This document shows, in pieces, positions 46,445 through 54,664 of a DNA stretch of 64,000 nt. The notes under the pieces are model-generated. The model ran no database searches. It saw only the letters and a list, made by a program, of their open reading frames with translations, and was not told where the DNA came from. A program made the position numbers and the translations under genes. The DNA is from a virus, in the IMG/VR virus record IMGVR_UViG_3300042393_000799; one strand, given 5' to 3'. Every line of letters begins with the position of its first letter. Position 1 is the first letter of the stretch.

Positions 46445-47376
46445 TATATTACTTTAAATGCAGTTGTGTTTGTTTTTACATCATATTCATTATCAGCAAT
46501 ATCTCTATGAGAATTTGTTGTGTAAATACGTTCGAAATATTTGTTTAGCTCTGTAAAACCAGCACTAAATATTCCATGAGTAACTACTAAATAAATTTTA
46601 GCACTTGGTCTGCTTGCTTTAATAGCTTTAGCTAATTCAATAAAAGTTCTACCACCATCACAAATATCATCAATGATTACATATTTCATATCATCATTAA
46701 CTGAGTTAGGGTCTCCGATAGATCCTGGTAAGTTTGGTACTTCTGTTTTAAGAATGTTACCAGTTCTCATATCTCTAACTTTGTTTGCCGTAACAATATT
46801 TTGGATTTGAAACTTCTTAGCAACATCAAAGATTTTCTTGTATGCACCAGCATCTGGGCTTACTAAACAAATTCTTTCTTGAGCATCTCTCTTATTATCA
46901 ATATCTGTAAGTGCATATTTAACTACTGTATGATTATCTGTTTTCTCATAGTTATTTAAACATGCTTCTAAAACATCTGAATGTGGATCCAATGTAATTA
47001 CTGTTATGAAGTTTAAAGAGTTAATGATTGGACAAATAACTTGTTTCAAATAGTTAACACCACCGTCAACAAATTTACGATCTGAACGAGCTCCCATGAA
47101 GTATGGAACGTAAAGTGCGATTTCTCGATTTGGTTTAATATTTCTGATTGCTGCTGTTGCACAAATAATTAATTCTAAGTCCTTAAAACTATTTAAACGT
47201 GAACTGATTTTTACAGCATCTTCATATATCATTAAGTCATTCCAATCAATAAGGTCTACTGTTTGTTGACCATCTGGAAATTGACTAATTTTGTATTTAA
47301 TGTCTGATTTTTCTGGATTAACTAAGTCTAATGTTATCATCTTTAAGTTGTTTTTAATTATATGTAAATATACCAA
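46444..47376 (-). CDS. prs: ribose-phosphate pyrophosphokinase-family enzyme (Prs, or the ADPR-pyrophosphokinase Adps variant)
   Basis: PYFMGARSDRK, TLDPHS, VSPDAGAYKK, PRTase motif VIIDDICDGGRTF. Confidence 0.8.
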   Translation of the reverse strand: MVYLHIIKNNLKMITLDLVNPEKSDIKYKISQFPDGQQTVDLIDWNDLMIYEDAVKISSRLNSFKDLELIICATAAIRNIKPNREIALYVPYFMGARSDRKFVDGGVNYLKQVICPIINSLNFITVITLDPHSDVLEACLNNYEKTDNHTVVKYALTDIDNKRDAQERICLVSPDAGAYKKIFDVAKKFQIQNIVTANKVRDMRTGNILKTEVPNLPGSIGDPNSVNDDMKYVIIDDICDGGRTFIELAKAIKASRPSAKIYLVVTHGIFSAGFTELNKYFERIYTTNSHRDIADNEYDVKTNTTAFKVI

Positions 47377-47434
47377 AAAGTTTTGACATAAAAAAATATA
47401 TGTGTGATTATTTTATCAAAACTTGTTAACAATT
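47354..47434 (-). promoter_or_regulatory. repeated intergenic cassette (weak hairpin variant)
   Basis: ttaattatatgtaaatatacc...ttgacataaaaaaatatatgtgtga...ttattttatcaaaacttgttaacaatt. Confidence 0.55.
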
Positions 47435-47820
47435 ATACGCCCAGTGATTTGAGTACCATTAGGTGTATCTTCTGTTGCCCAATCTATAAGATTACCTTTC
47501 ATAATTTCTTCACATATCTCTCTTGCAATTCCAGCTTTATACATGTCTAGTGCAAAATTCCCGCTAGTAGATGCATTACCAGATCCACTTGTAGAAAAAT
47601 CAGTGCCATACATCATTTCCATATTAGACATGTTTCTGGTGCTTCTGATTTGTATAGGATTTCCTATTTTAGTATCGTAAACAAATGCCTTTCCAGTTTC
47701 ATTTTTAGGCTTTCTTTTATAGAATAAAGAAAATGGAAATAATAAGTATAATATCTCTTTCCAATCAAAATTCTTTAGGTTCTGATCCATTCGATCGCAC
47801 CATTCATTAAATCTTTTCAT
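47416..47820 (-). CDS. hypothetical protein
   Basis: 134-aa ORF (start overlaps cassette; may be shorter). Confidence 0.35.
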   Translation of the reverse strand: MKRFNEWCDRMDQNLKNFDWKEILYLLFPFSLFYKRKPKNETGKAFVYDTKIGNPIQIRSTRNMSNMEMMYGTDFSTSGSGNASTSGNFALDMYKAGIAREICEEIMKGNLIDWATEDTPNGTQITGRIIVNKF

Positions 47821-48254
47821 TAGCTTCTGTATCTTAATTCATTTTGACGATAAACACTTAACACAGATCCTTGTCCATGTGTAATTGCAAATTGATAACC
47901 ATAATAATCATAGATCATTGATGAGAAATTCTCTGTTAAACCATCTAATGGCTCAATTTCAGTTCCATAAGTACTTGCTAATTCCCACATTAAATTCATT
48001 AGATGTAGAGGTCTATCTGAATAAGTATTATAATGTTTCTGATCAGATCTCTCTTGCTTAACAAAAATATCAATCATTAAATAATCAAATGTCGAGTCAT
48101 CACAAACACCATATCGTTCTAATAATTTGTTTGCTCTTTCCATTTGGATTCTGTCCTTTTCTGCAAGTTTTTTAAAGTAATCTTCCATACTTTTTTGACC
48201 AGGTAGACTTTTCATCCATTCTAATCCTTGTTTAAGAGTTTCGTTTGCGTTCAT
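47820..48254 (-). CDS. hypothetical protein
   Basis: 144-aa ORF. Confidence 0.4.
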   Translation of the reverse strand: MNANETLKQGLEWMKSLPGQKSMEDYFKKLAEKDRIQMERANKLLERYGVCDDSTFDYLMIDIFVKQERSDQKHYNTYSDRPLHLMNLMWELASTYGTEIEPLDGLTENFSSMIYDYYGYQFAITHGQGSVLSVYRQNELRYRS

Positions 48255-48257
48255 AAT

Positions 48258-48491
48258 TTATACTTTAAAAAGGTGACATGCATTAACTGATCGTCTACGT
48301 AATTCTGGTTTAAAAGATTCTGTGATTTCTCCCCAAAGACCTCTGCGCTCTTCAACATTAGTTAAAGTTGCTTTTAGTTCATTAATCTTTTCAACTGTTC
48401 CTACGACTATTGTAACATGTCCATTACTTTGTTGTGAATATCCGTAACGTTGTCCAATTTCAATTGGATTTCCTAGTGCATCTGTTGTCAT
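48258..48491 (-). CDS. hypothetical small protein (start moved to Met48 of track ORF 48258-48632 to remove 137-nt overlap)
   Basis: ATG at 48489-48491 lies 4 nt after stop of gene 48496-49035. Confidence 0.3.
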   Translation of the reverse strand: MTTDALGNPIEIGQRYGYSQQSNGHVTIVVGTVEKINELKATLTNVEERRGLWGEITESFKPELRRRSVNACHLFKV

Positions 48492-48495
48492 AATT

Positions 48496-49035
48496 TTATT
48501 TGTTATCGTTTCTAGTCCATTCAATTCTAGGACAATATTTATTATATGACGCTTTAACGAAAGATACAAGGATTGAATCTTGTTTTGGTTTAGGATTCCA
48601 GATTCTATAACCATTTTCGTCATATTTAACACCTCGATTTTCCCATTTCTCTACCAGAACTTTGAATAACTCAATACCTCCAACTATAATTCCAACAGCC
48701 CATCCAATACCACCTACAGTTAACATAAACATGAAAAAAGAATCTTTAGTTGGAATTACCCAAATTAAACCAACATAAGATAACATGCATATAATCATGC
48801 CTAAAATAAACCAGATTAAGAATCCGAATCCTGCTCTTTCTCCGGTTGAATTCTTATCGTTTGTATTTGTTAATTCCATTAAAATAATTGGAAGTGCAAG
48901 AATCGAATATGGAATTATAAGAATCCACATTAAGATTAATTTCCAAAAGTATGGACATAATGATTCTGGCATGTTTTGAGTTGCATAGAACCATCTGTAC
49001 AACCTTGATGTTTTTGAATTGATATTTAATTTCAT
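48496..49035 (-). CDS. multi-pass membrane protein
   Basis: 179 aa, several hydrophobic helices. Confidence 0.4.
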   Translation of the reverse strand: MKLNINSKTSRLYRWFYATQNMPESLCPYFWKLILMWILIIPYSILALPIILMELTNTNDKNSTGERAGFGFLIWFILGMIICMLSYVGLIWVIPTKDSFFMFMLTVGGIGWAVGIIVGGIELFKVLVEKWENRGVKYDENGYRIWNPKPKQDSILVSFVKASYNKYCPRIEWTRNDNK

Positions 49036-49039
49036 AATT

Positions 49040-49450
49040 TTATTTGTTAATGATTACTGTGAATTTTTTATCTGAGCCTAAGATTAAATCATCAACATAA
49101 GCTTGTGCTGCTTCAGTAGATTCAAAGTTAACACCGAAAGATTGTTTATATCCTAAACGTATTTCAACATGTGCTCTACTACAAACTTTTTTATTTACAT
49201 CATCTACTCGGTACCATTTGTAATCATCAAAATATGAAGATTGTTTTCGGTTCCATGGTCGGTATTCATTTCCATCATCGTCAATATATTCATTCCAACC
49301 TGCAGGAATTGCTTCAGTCATTCCGTATTTAATTCCCATGAATGATTTTTCTTTTGCTGGAATTTCAGGAAACCATCGGTAACTTGATTCTCTTTCGCCA
49401 GTTAATGTAATTGAATCTACTTTGTCCAATTCGAAATAGTGTTTTTTCAT
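49040..49450 (-). CDS. hypothetical protein
   Basis: 136-aa ORF. Confidence 0.4.
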   Translation of the reverse strand: MKKHYFELDKVDSITLTGERESSYRWFPEIPAKEKSFMGIKYGMTEAIPAGWNEYIDDDGNEYRPWNRKQSSYFDDYKWYRVDDVNKKVCSRAHVEIRLGYKQSFGVNFESTEAAQAYVDDLILGSDKKFTVIINK

Positions 49451-49542
49451 CTTTATTTTTTATTTTTAAATTGTTCTATAATACAAAATCTTATAAATAA
49501 ACCTACTGCAATTCCAATCAGGCCAAATACAATTTCTCTCAT

Positions 49543-50088
49543 TTATTTTTCTTTACGGGGTTCAACAAATAATTCTTGTAATGTACAGAATAACTCATAG
49601 TTAGGGTCTGTAACATCTCCAAACCATCCAAGTTCTTGAATGAAGTCTGAGTTTTCTTTCTTATACATTTCAAACATTCTACTTCCAGTCATTTTGGAAT
49701 ATTGAACGTTTGCAATACGGTCACATAGTTTTACGAATGTTGCACCTGGAGTTTGACGAATTCCTTTGTAATAAGTTGTGTTTGCACGTTCTTTACGTGT
49801 TTTACCTTTCTCATTAGAAACTGCATAAATAATATCGGCAGCTTCTTGTCCTAATTGATCTTTTACATCGTTATAAGAAACACGAGTATCTTCAATAAGG
49901 TCATGTCCCCAAGCTGCCAAAAGCACCGATCCTCTAAATGAAGTTTCTCCATCATTTGTATCAGGTATTGCTTTAATAAATTCTTGAGCAACATTTGAAA
50001 CCATTCTCAAATGAAATTCATAAGGAAGATACGTATCATACATGTGATTTGTATCTTTATGTTGTTTTAAAATCCAATCTATTTTCAT
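49543..50088 (-). CDS. HD-domain hydrolase of the RelA/SpoT (small alarmone hydrolase, MESH1-like) type
   Basis: AAWGHDLIEDT matches the HDxxED metal-binding motif of Rel/Spo hydrolase domains; 181 aa single-domain. Confidence 0.55.
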   Translation of the reverse strand: MKIDWILKQHKDTNHMYDTYLPYEFHLRMVSNVAQEFIKAIPDTNDGETSFRGSVLLAAWGHDLIEDTRVSYNDVKDQLGQEAADIIYAVSNEKGKTRKERANTTYYKGIRQTPGATFVKLCDRIANVQYSKMTGSRMFEMYKKENSDFIQELGWFGDVTDPNYELFCTLQELFVEPRKEK

Positions 50089-50089
50089 C

Positions 50090-50335
50090 TTAATAGGTAT
50101 TAGTGATTTGTCTTGTTAATATCTCTGAATCGCCTTCTTGTGATTCGATTCCTAGTGAGATTGATTTACCATAAGCTCTTACTCTAATTTCATCTTCATT
50201 TTCGTCGAAGTAGAATCTTACGAAACCTGCACCAGTTGCCTTTTCATTATAACCAACCATATCTTTGTGTTGGATTGCTGCTGAGAATATGATTGCACAT
50301 CCATCAACAATTACGTATTTTGCTGGATTTAACAT
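50090..50335 (-). CDS. hypothetical small protein
   Basis: 81-aa ORF. Confidence 0.35.
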   Translation of the reverse strand: MLNPAKYVIVDGCAIIFSAAIQHKDMVGYNEKATGAGFVRFYFDENEDEIRVRAYGKSISLGIESQEGDSEILTRQITNTY

Positions 50336-50339
50336 AATC

Positions 50340-50606
50340 TTAGTTAATAAAGTGTTTTAGATAAATTGCTTGCTGTCTGATACCGAATTCTCTTGTAAGA
50401 ATATTAGATGCTATTTGGTCTTTCATAAAAAGATCCAAACCAATGATCATTTTGCCAGCTTCAAATTTTCTTAAGCGACCTTGAATCATTCCTTCTTCAT
50501 CTGCAAGTTTATTGATAATAAATGCAAGTTGCTCCTGTGTTTCAGCTTGATTAACCAGTTGCCATGTTTCTAATTCTGTCATATTGTTTTGTTTTTGTTT
50601 TTCCAA
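50340..50606 (-). CDS. hypothetical small protein
   Basis: 88-aa ORF. Confidence 0.35.
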   Translation of the reverse strand: MEKQKQNNMTELETWQLVNQAETQEQLAFIINKLADEEGMIQGRLRKFEAGKMIIGLDLFMKDQIASNILTREFGIRQQAIYLKHFIN

Positions 50607-50854
50607 CCACCAAGTGGCATTATTTCTTCGTGAGTTCCTAACGGATGTTTTTCATTAACGTCTTCTTCTCTACCAGAAGCAATACCCATGATTTTGATAT
50701 TTTGATTTCCAGCGATAATTTTAGTTTTTTCAATTGCCTCATTGGTATCTTCAGCCATTACACATGTAACGAAGTCTTTATATTTGCTAAATGCAGGATT
50801 TTTGTGTTCCTCATCATAGTAATGTAAATAGTAAACTGTTATTGGCTTTTTCAT
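50579..50854 (-). CDS. hypothetical small protein
   Basis: 91-aa ORF. Confidence 0.35.
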   Translation of the reverse strand: MKKPITVYYLHYYDEEHKNPAFSKYKDFVTCVMAEDTNEAIEKTKIIAGNQNIKIMGIASGREEDVNEKHPLGTHEEIMPLGGWKNKNKTI

Positions 50855-50896
50855 CTTATCTTACCTTTGGTTTGAGACATTTTTTATATGCTACTT

Positions 50897-51133
50897 TTAC
50901 TTTTTAGTTTCAAGATAGAATTTTTTCTTCATCTCTTCTTGATTTTCAGGTGTCCATGAAATTATAAAATCTCTCAAAACTTGTTCGTCAAGACTATAAA
51001 TATAAGTCTTATCATATGGTAATTTAAGTCCTTGCATTAAAGTTTCAAATTCAAGAATAAGATTAGCTTTAGTGTTTAAACTTTTTAGAAGTTCACGTTC
51101 GTTCGGTGTTAGATTTTTTTCGTTGTTTGACAT
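50897..51133 (-). CDS. hypothetical small protein
   Basis: 78-aa ORF. Confidence 0.35.
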   Translation of the reverse strand: MSNNEKNLTPNERELLKSLNTKANLILEFETLMQGLKLPYDKTYIYSLDEQVLRDFIISWTPENQEEMKKKFYLETKK

Positions 51134-51144
51134 GATTGTTGGTT

Positions 51145-51492
51145 TTATACGGTTTTATAAGATTTTACAGTGTTTCTGTAATTTACTACGGCACGAGCAA
51201 GAAGCTCTAGACGATAATTTGGATTGTGTATTAAGATACGTTTGTTGATTTTAAAATCTCTTTCAGCCCATTCAACCCATATGCTTTCTTTTTTAACTGG
51301 ATTTAATTGGTAAATTGAAAATAAGGTTTTACCATTTCTCCAACATTTAGTTGTTGTCTTACGTCTGATGTAACCACTCTCGTAACTTAAATAATCACAG
51401 TTAGTAATAGGATCATGAAAACAAATTGTACCATTATCGGCTTGACGTTGACTTGTTACTTCGATTACTTTAAGTGTTGCTAATTTATTCAT
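51145..51492 (-). CDS. hypothetical protein
   Basis: 115-aa ORF. Confidence 0.4.
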   Translation of the reverse strand: MNKLATLKVIEVTSQRQADNGTICFHDPITNCDYLSYESGYIRRKTTTKCWRNGKTLFSIYQLNPVKKESIWVEWAERDFKINKRILIHNPNYRLELLARAVVNYRNTVKSYKTV

Positions 51493-51513
51493 GTTTTATA
51501 TTTTAAATTTATA

Positions 51514-51741
51514 TTAAAGTCCGGTTTCTCTTCTAAAATCGTAATCTTCTTTTTCAGCCTCAGAATAAACATTAAGATTTAAGTATCGCCCTTCTGAAAG
51601 CTTACTAGTTGAGGTACGAGTTTCTTCGTGATCCCAATTGAAACAAAAATCATACTCTTCTTGAGTCAAATACACTTTAGTATCCATGATCTCTTGGTAC
51701 TGTTTGTACTCTTGTTCTGCTAAATAATTGTCTTCTGTCAT
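51514..51741 (-). CDS. hypothetical small acidic protein
   Basis: 75-aa ORF preceded by cassette. Confidence 0.35.
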   Translation of the reverse strand: MTEDNYLAEQEYKQYQEIMDTKVYLTQEEYDFCFNWDHEETRTSTSKLSEGRYLNLNVYSEAEKEDYDFRRETGL

Positions 51742-51753
51742 CTTTGTTTGTTT

Positions 51754-51824
51754 TTAATTATAAGGCTAATATACAACTAATATTTGATATAAAAAAATAT
51801 ATTAAGATAAAGTTATTAACAATT
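51754..51824 (-). promoter_or_regulatory. repeated intergenic cassette (hairpin-less variant)
   Basis: ttaattataaggctaatatacaac...aaagttattaacaatt. Confidence 0.55.
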
Positions 51825-52146
51825 CAGCTTTTTTTGCTTTAATATGTTTACAATCACCTCGGTGGAAGCTTTTTGATGGACATGTACAATTCCAAGATCC
51901 ATTAGTATCTGAAACTGTATAATTTACACCAACTTTAGAACCATTTACCTGCCATTCTTTTTTAGGTGACTCTGGTCGAGTTTCTTTTTTAGGTATATTA
52001 ACTGCTGCCTCAAACTTAATTTGCTCTCTAGTAGTACCTTCTGCTACACGATGCCAACCTGGACATACATATGTACCAGATATGGTCTTAACTATGCCAA
52101 AAACATCACCGTAAAAAGCACTGCGAGGAAATGTATAAATTTTCAT
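51802..52146 (-). CDS. SWIM-type zinc-finger protein
   Basis: C-terminal WNCTCPSKSFHRGDCKHI = CxCx(n)CxH. Confidence 0.45.
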   Translation of the reverse strand: MKIYTFPRSAFYGDVFGIVKTISGTYVCPGWHRVAEGTTREQIKFEAAVNIPKKETRPESPKKEWQVNGSKVGVNYTVSDTNGSWNCTCPSKSFHRGDCKHIKAKKAELLITLS

Positions 52147-52148
52147 GG

Positions 52149-52373
52149 TTATCGTTCTAAGATTACAAATTCACCAAATGCATTATCAAAAACTTCTAAA
52201 AGGTGTTCATAGTCACCTGACATCATATCAGCAATAAGTGAAGCACCTCTGTCCTTCCAACCCAATTGAGTTGCAAATCGTTTAGCATATGCCATAAGAG
52301 CAAATGCATTACCATCAGGTCCTGTTAAATCTATAATAATTGGTCCGTTTTTCTCTTGTTTTTCTCTGATCAT
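52149..52373 (-). CDS. hypothetical small protein
   Basis: 74-aa ORF preceded by cassette. Confidence 0.35.
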   Translation of the reverse strand: MIREKQEKNGPIIIDLTGPDGNAFALMAYAKRFATQLGWKDRGASLIADMMSGDYEHLLEVFDNAFGEFVILER

Positions 52374-52385
52374 TTTGTTTATCTT

Positions 52386-52466
52386 TTAATTACTAAGCTA
52401 ATATACGAAAAAAAGCCCAAACTAAAAAATTTGGGCTTAATTATTTTCATAAAGTTACGAACAATT
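52386..52466 (-). promoter_or_regulatory. repeated intergenic cassette
   Basis: ttaattactaagctaatatacg...agcccaaactaaaaaatttgggct...ttattttcataaagttacgaacaattt (hairpin identical to copy at 8531-8556). Confidence 0.7.
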
Positions 52467-52726
52467 TACATTCTAAGTTTAAATTCCTTTAAATATTGAC
52501 ATTTTTCGTACTCTTCTTGCTTTTCAAAGTATTTGATCATTTCATCTATTTGATGTTCTGTAGGTTCTTGGTCAGTTTCTATAAAAAATTCAGGAATTAA
52601 ATCTTCTGGAAAATCACCACCTTGGTGTACAGTGATAAAACATATACATGTTATTATTTGCATAAGCGTTACATTACCACTTATGATTTCGTAACTATTT
52701 TCGATAGCTTTACCTCTGTTTCTCAT
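52466..52726 (-). CDS. hypothetical small protein
   Basis: 86-aa ORF. Confidence 0.35.
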   Translation of the reverse strand: MRNRGKAIENSYEIISGNVTLMQIITCICFITVHQGGDFPEDLIPEFFIETDQEPTEHQIDEMIKYFEKQEEYEKCQYLKEFKLRM

Positions 52727-52729
52727 ATT

Positions 52730-53374
52730 TTACCAATTTTTCTTGTAATGCACATCATCAACCCATGAGAATAAACGTGTCTCTTCAACATCATGCAAGA
52801 TAATAGTCTTATCAGTTACTTTGTCATTATAGAAATATTCATAATTAAATAAAGCGACATCCAGATCCATTTTTTCAATAATCTTATTATTGAATGTTTT
52901 ACATCCATGAGCCCATGTAATTCTATCATAAACACTAAGACATTCATTTATGATTCTACTTTGAGGTGTAGATCCATAAACTGTACAATCAATAAGAGTA
53001 TTGTGTTCTTGAGTTGGTTTCATACCTGCAAAGAATGTATGTTCTTCTGAGAGTTGATCCAATATTATATCAAATGGTCTAATTGGTTTTGCATCTATAT
53101 CACAATAAATACCTCCAAAATCTCTAAGTAATAATAACCTAACTCTATCGGCAATAAAAGCCCATTTATAAATTTCAGGTTCTTTTACATAGTTTTGTAA
53201 AAATGGATCATCTTTGTACAAATCATTGAAAATATCATCATGACTCCATAACTTATATTCCCAATCTGGATGCATTGCTTGCATCTCTTCTCCAAATCTT
53301 TTGCACCAATCTGGTACTTCTTTATAGCCAATCCAAACTTGATGTAGTTTCTTTGGTATTTTATTTACTGTCAT
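52730..53374 (-). CDS. DxD glycosyltransferase (GT32/OCH1-like 'Gly_transf_sug')
   Basis: KIPKKLHQVWIG N-terminal motif and CDIDAKP DxD motif. Confidence 0.55.
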   Translation of the reverse strand: MTVNKIPKKLHQVWIGYKEVPDWCKRFGEEMQAMHPDWEYKLWSHDDIFNDLYKDDPFLQNYVKEPEIYKWAFIADRVRLLLLRDFGGIYCDIDAKPIRPFDIILDQLSEEHTFFAGMKPTQEHNTLIDCTVYGSTPQSRIINECLSVYDRITWAHGCKTFNNKIIEKMDLDVALFNYEYFYNDKVTDKTIILHDVEETRLFSWVDDVHYKKNW

Positions 53375-53379
53375 TAATT

Positions 53380-53595
53380 TTATTTATTTTTAGACCAAAC
53401 TAGTTTTGCATCCACGTGTACGTTTATGACATTAGGATTCTTATTTAGGATTGCATTAATATATGCTGTTGGATTTTTAACCTTGTCATATGCTTTGGTT
53501 TCACCATTAGACAATTCTACAATTACTGTTGAACCACCTGGAGTTAGACTTAAATTGTTTGTTCTAAACTCGTCACTTACGTAATATCCGCTCAT
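53380..53595 (-). CDS. hypothetical small protein
   Basis: 71-aa ORF. Confidence 0.3.
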   Translation of the reverse strand: MSGYYVSDEFRTNNLSLTPGGSTVIVELSNGETKAYDKVKNPTAYINAILNKNPNVINVHVDAKLVWSKNK

Positions 53596-53597
53596 AA

Positions 53598-54185
53598 TTA
53601 TTTTATATATTTAAATAGATTTAATACCTCTGGGCACTCAAATCTTTCTGGGTGCCATTGAACTGCAATGATTTTAAGTGCTTCGTCTTCTATAGCTTCT
53701 GGAATCCAACCACCATCAAAAGACATATGTGTCACTTTAAAATTATCTGCAATAATTGAGCACCATTGATGATGCCTAGAATTAACTTCAAACATTACAT
53801 CGTCTAAGTTTTTGATGTAATGAAATTGTGATTCTCTTTCACTATGATCTTCATCATCTGAGAATTCATCACTTTGATGATATTCTACTATTCTGTCTTT
53901 TAGATCTTCTACCTTGCCACCAAAATAGTGATTCAATATTTGCATGCCACGACAAACACCAATGATTGGTTGTTTGGCATCAATTGCCATTTTTATCCAA
54001 TTAAGTTCACGCGTATCTCGATCTACATTTATACCAATATCTGCACCACCGCAAAGTATAAGAGGAGCATCGATCCTTTTGTATCTAAGATCTATCATAA
54101 CAGGTTCATAACCCTTTGATATAATCCAATCAATATATGCCTTTCCTTCTATTTCACCTTTCGGTGGTGCAACAAATACCTTCAA
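53598..54185 (-). CDS. class I glutamine amidotransferase-like / peptidase C26 (gamma-glutamyl hydrolase-type)
   Basis: catalytic-Cys motif GVCRGMQ and IAVQWHPE. Confidence 0.7.
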   Translation of the reverse strand: MKVFVAPPKGEIEGKAYIDWIISKGYEPVMIDLRYKRIDAPLILCGGADIGINVDRDTRELNWIKMAIDAKQPIIGVCRGMQILNHYFGGKVEDLKDRIVEYHQSDEFSDDEDHSERESQFHYIKNLDDVMFEVNSRHHQWCSIIADNFKVTHMSFDGGWIPEAIEDEALKIIAVQWHPERFECPEVLNLFKYIK

Positions 54186-54192
54186 ACCTTTT

Positions 54193-54423
54193 TTATTTTT
54201 TTATAACAACTTGTCTAATTCTATCAAACACTTTTTCTAAATCTTCAATTGAATCTACTGACCATGAATTTGTTTTTAAAACAAAAAAGCAATCACCATC
54301 TCTGTCGATACCTAGTGAACTTTTCGCTTCTACTTCCAAGAATTCATATTCATCGTCAGATAAACAGTTTGCATCTTGTGAAAATCTAAACTTTGCCTCT
54401 TCTAAAATTAATCCTTGTTCCAT
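54193..54423 (-). CDS. hypothetical small protein
   Basis: 76-aa ORF. Confidence 0.3.
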   Translation of the reverse strand: MEQGLILEEAKFRFSQDANCLSDDEYEFLEVEAKSSLGIDRDGDCFFVLKTNSWSVDSIEDLEKVFDRIRQVVIKK

Positions 54424-54434
54424 ATTAATTATAT

Positions 54435-54653
54435 TTAAATTTTACCAAATTCAGTTGTATTATTGCCACATTTTTTGCAATAATATTTGTATCCATAGAC
54501 AATTGTACTTTTATTTCCAGCCTTAATATCATTGACATAATATTCTTCACGATCTTGGTTACAATAGCCTCCTTTTTTACATTTAGGAAGAGATTGCATA
54601 TAATTCCAAAAGTCTTCTTGTAGAAACTTAATAAATCTCAACAATTTTTTCAT
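54435..54653 (-). CDS. small zinc-ribbon-like protein
   Basis: CKKGGYC ... CKKCGNN cysteine pairs. Confidence 0.35.
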   Translation of the reverse strand: MKKLLRFIKFLQEDFWNYMQSLPKCKKGGYCNQDREEYYVNDIKAGNKSTIVYGYKYYCKKCGNNTTEFGKI

Positions 54654-54664
54654 ATTGTTTATAT

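Noticed and set aside
39593-47376. Assigning the NadV-like/Prs-like pair definitively to the NARP1 (Adps/Namat) pathway
   Set aside because: The two alternatives cannot be told apart by eye. The absence of an NMNAT within the window is suggestive, but the rest of the genome is unseen, so the pair is reported as either pathway.
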